From positions 3,876 to 51,780 of the forward strand of contig NMRA01000604.1 of assembly GCA_002633005.1 (NCBI GenBank): a DNA stretch of 47,905 bases. The letters are read 5' to 3'. Shown here one piece after another: positions 47,282 through 47,905 of this stretch (positions are counted from its first letter, which is position 1; every line of letters starts with the position of its first letter). The position numbers were made by a program, and so were the translations under genes. The notes under the pieces are model-generated. The model worked only from the letters and a program-made list of their open reading frames with translations, did not search any database and was not told the origin of the DNA. This DNA comes from Phoronis australis. Its lineage: Eukaryota; Animalia; Phoronida.

Positions 47282-47905
47282 ATTATGATCTACCGGTCAC
47301 TGTTTTTTTTTACTCAACTGTTAGATGTTGGTGAACATTATCTTCTTAAAGTAGAGTTGTGCGATGTATTTGTTATAAATTGTATTACAACTTCTGGCAT
47401 TGACTCAATCTGGGACTTCTAAGTTCTGTTTGGTCAACAACTGATGCTCCGTACCTACCGTTTTAATTTACTGCTTGAAATTATTTACTTACTTCAACTG
47501 GAACTTTTGCGAGATAAGACACAAGGTGGATGTCTGTCCCACTTCCCTTGTTGTCCCGGTGATGAGCATCTGTTGCTTAGCGGAAATTCTGAAGTTGTTT
47601 TGTGAGACCTCATGCTTGTTTTCCATGTAGAGGGCCACAGACTTGATGTAGGTTATACAGTAAGATAGCAATTTGCTATCAATTTTTTTTCTAAAGCTTA
47701 AAGACCCACAACTGGTCTTTCTGGTGTAGATGAGAGTGGCAGTCTTTTGAGCTGAGGTAATGAATATAATGTTTGAAGTGCAGATGTTCTGCGAACATTA
47801 TACAACCACCTTTCCAACTGGAGGCCATAGCTATGGGTCCATTTTTAATTTTTATGGAAGATGCACCGTCTTGTGTTACCATTCATGATCACAAGCTACT
47901 GTATC

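Noticed and set aside
47103-47422. Cys/Val-rich ORFs (also 13009-13379, 15277-15489, 38580-39178)
   Set aside because: Translations of TG microsatellites or the 14-bp minisatellite.
47489-47882. Short minus-strand ORFs at the window end
   Set aside because: No recognisable motifs or consistent splice structure.

Overview
Eukaryotic (metazoan, probably invertebrate) genomic DNA, AT-rich, with GT-AG introns and assembly gaps at 8846-8879, 22554 and 39577-40278. Two complete multi-exon genes can be built by hand. One is a divergent FBXO32/FBXO25 (atrogin-1 family) F-box gene on + (6 coding exons, 11713-16159, 354 aa). Convergent with it is FNBP4 (WW-domain splicing-associated protein) on - (12 coding exons, 30403-19107). 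Head-to-head with FNBP4 lies a probable first coding exon of Ric-8/synembryn (32588-32668). A possible decayed second exon is at 38235-38282; the rest of that gene is not visible. The first 8.2 kb is a large inverted-repeat structure (arms 1-1754 and 7039-8199) carrying Kolobok-like TTAA|AGG ends. It encloses an internally deleted Kolobok-like transposon remnant with a decayed THAP domain converging on a decayed KolX/P2X7-ballast-like N-terminus. Introns and intergenic DNA hold several hairpin MITE families, a foldback element with tRNA-derived arms (3 loci), minisatellites and microsatellites. No prokaryotic features, CRISPR arrays or intact RNA genes were found. All homology calls come from motif recognition by eye, not database searches.
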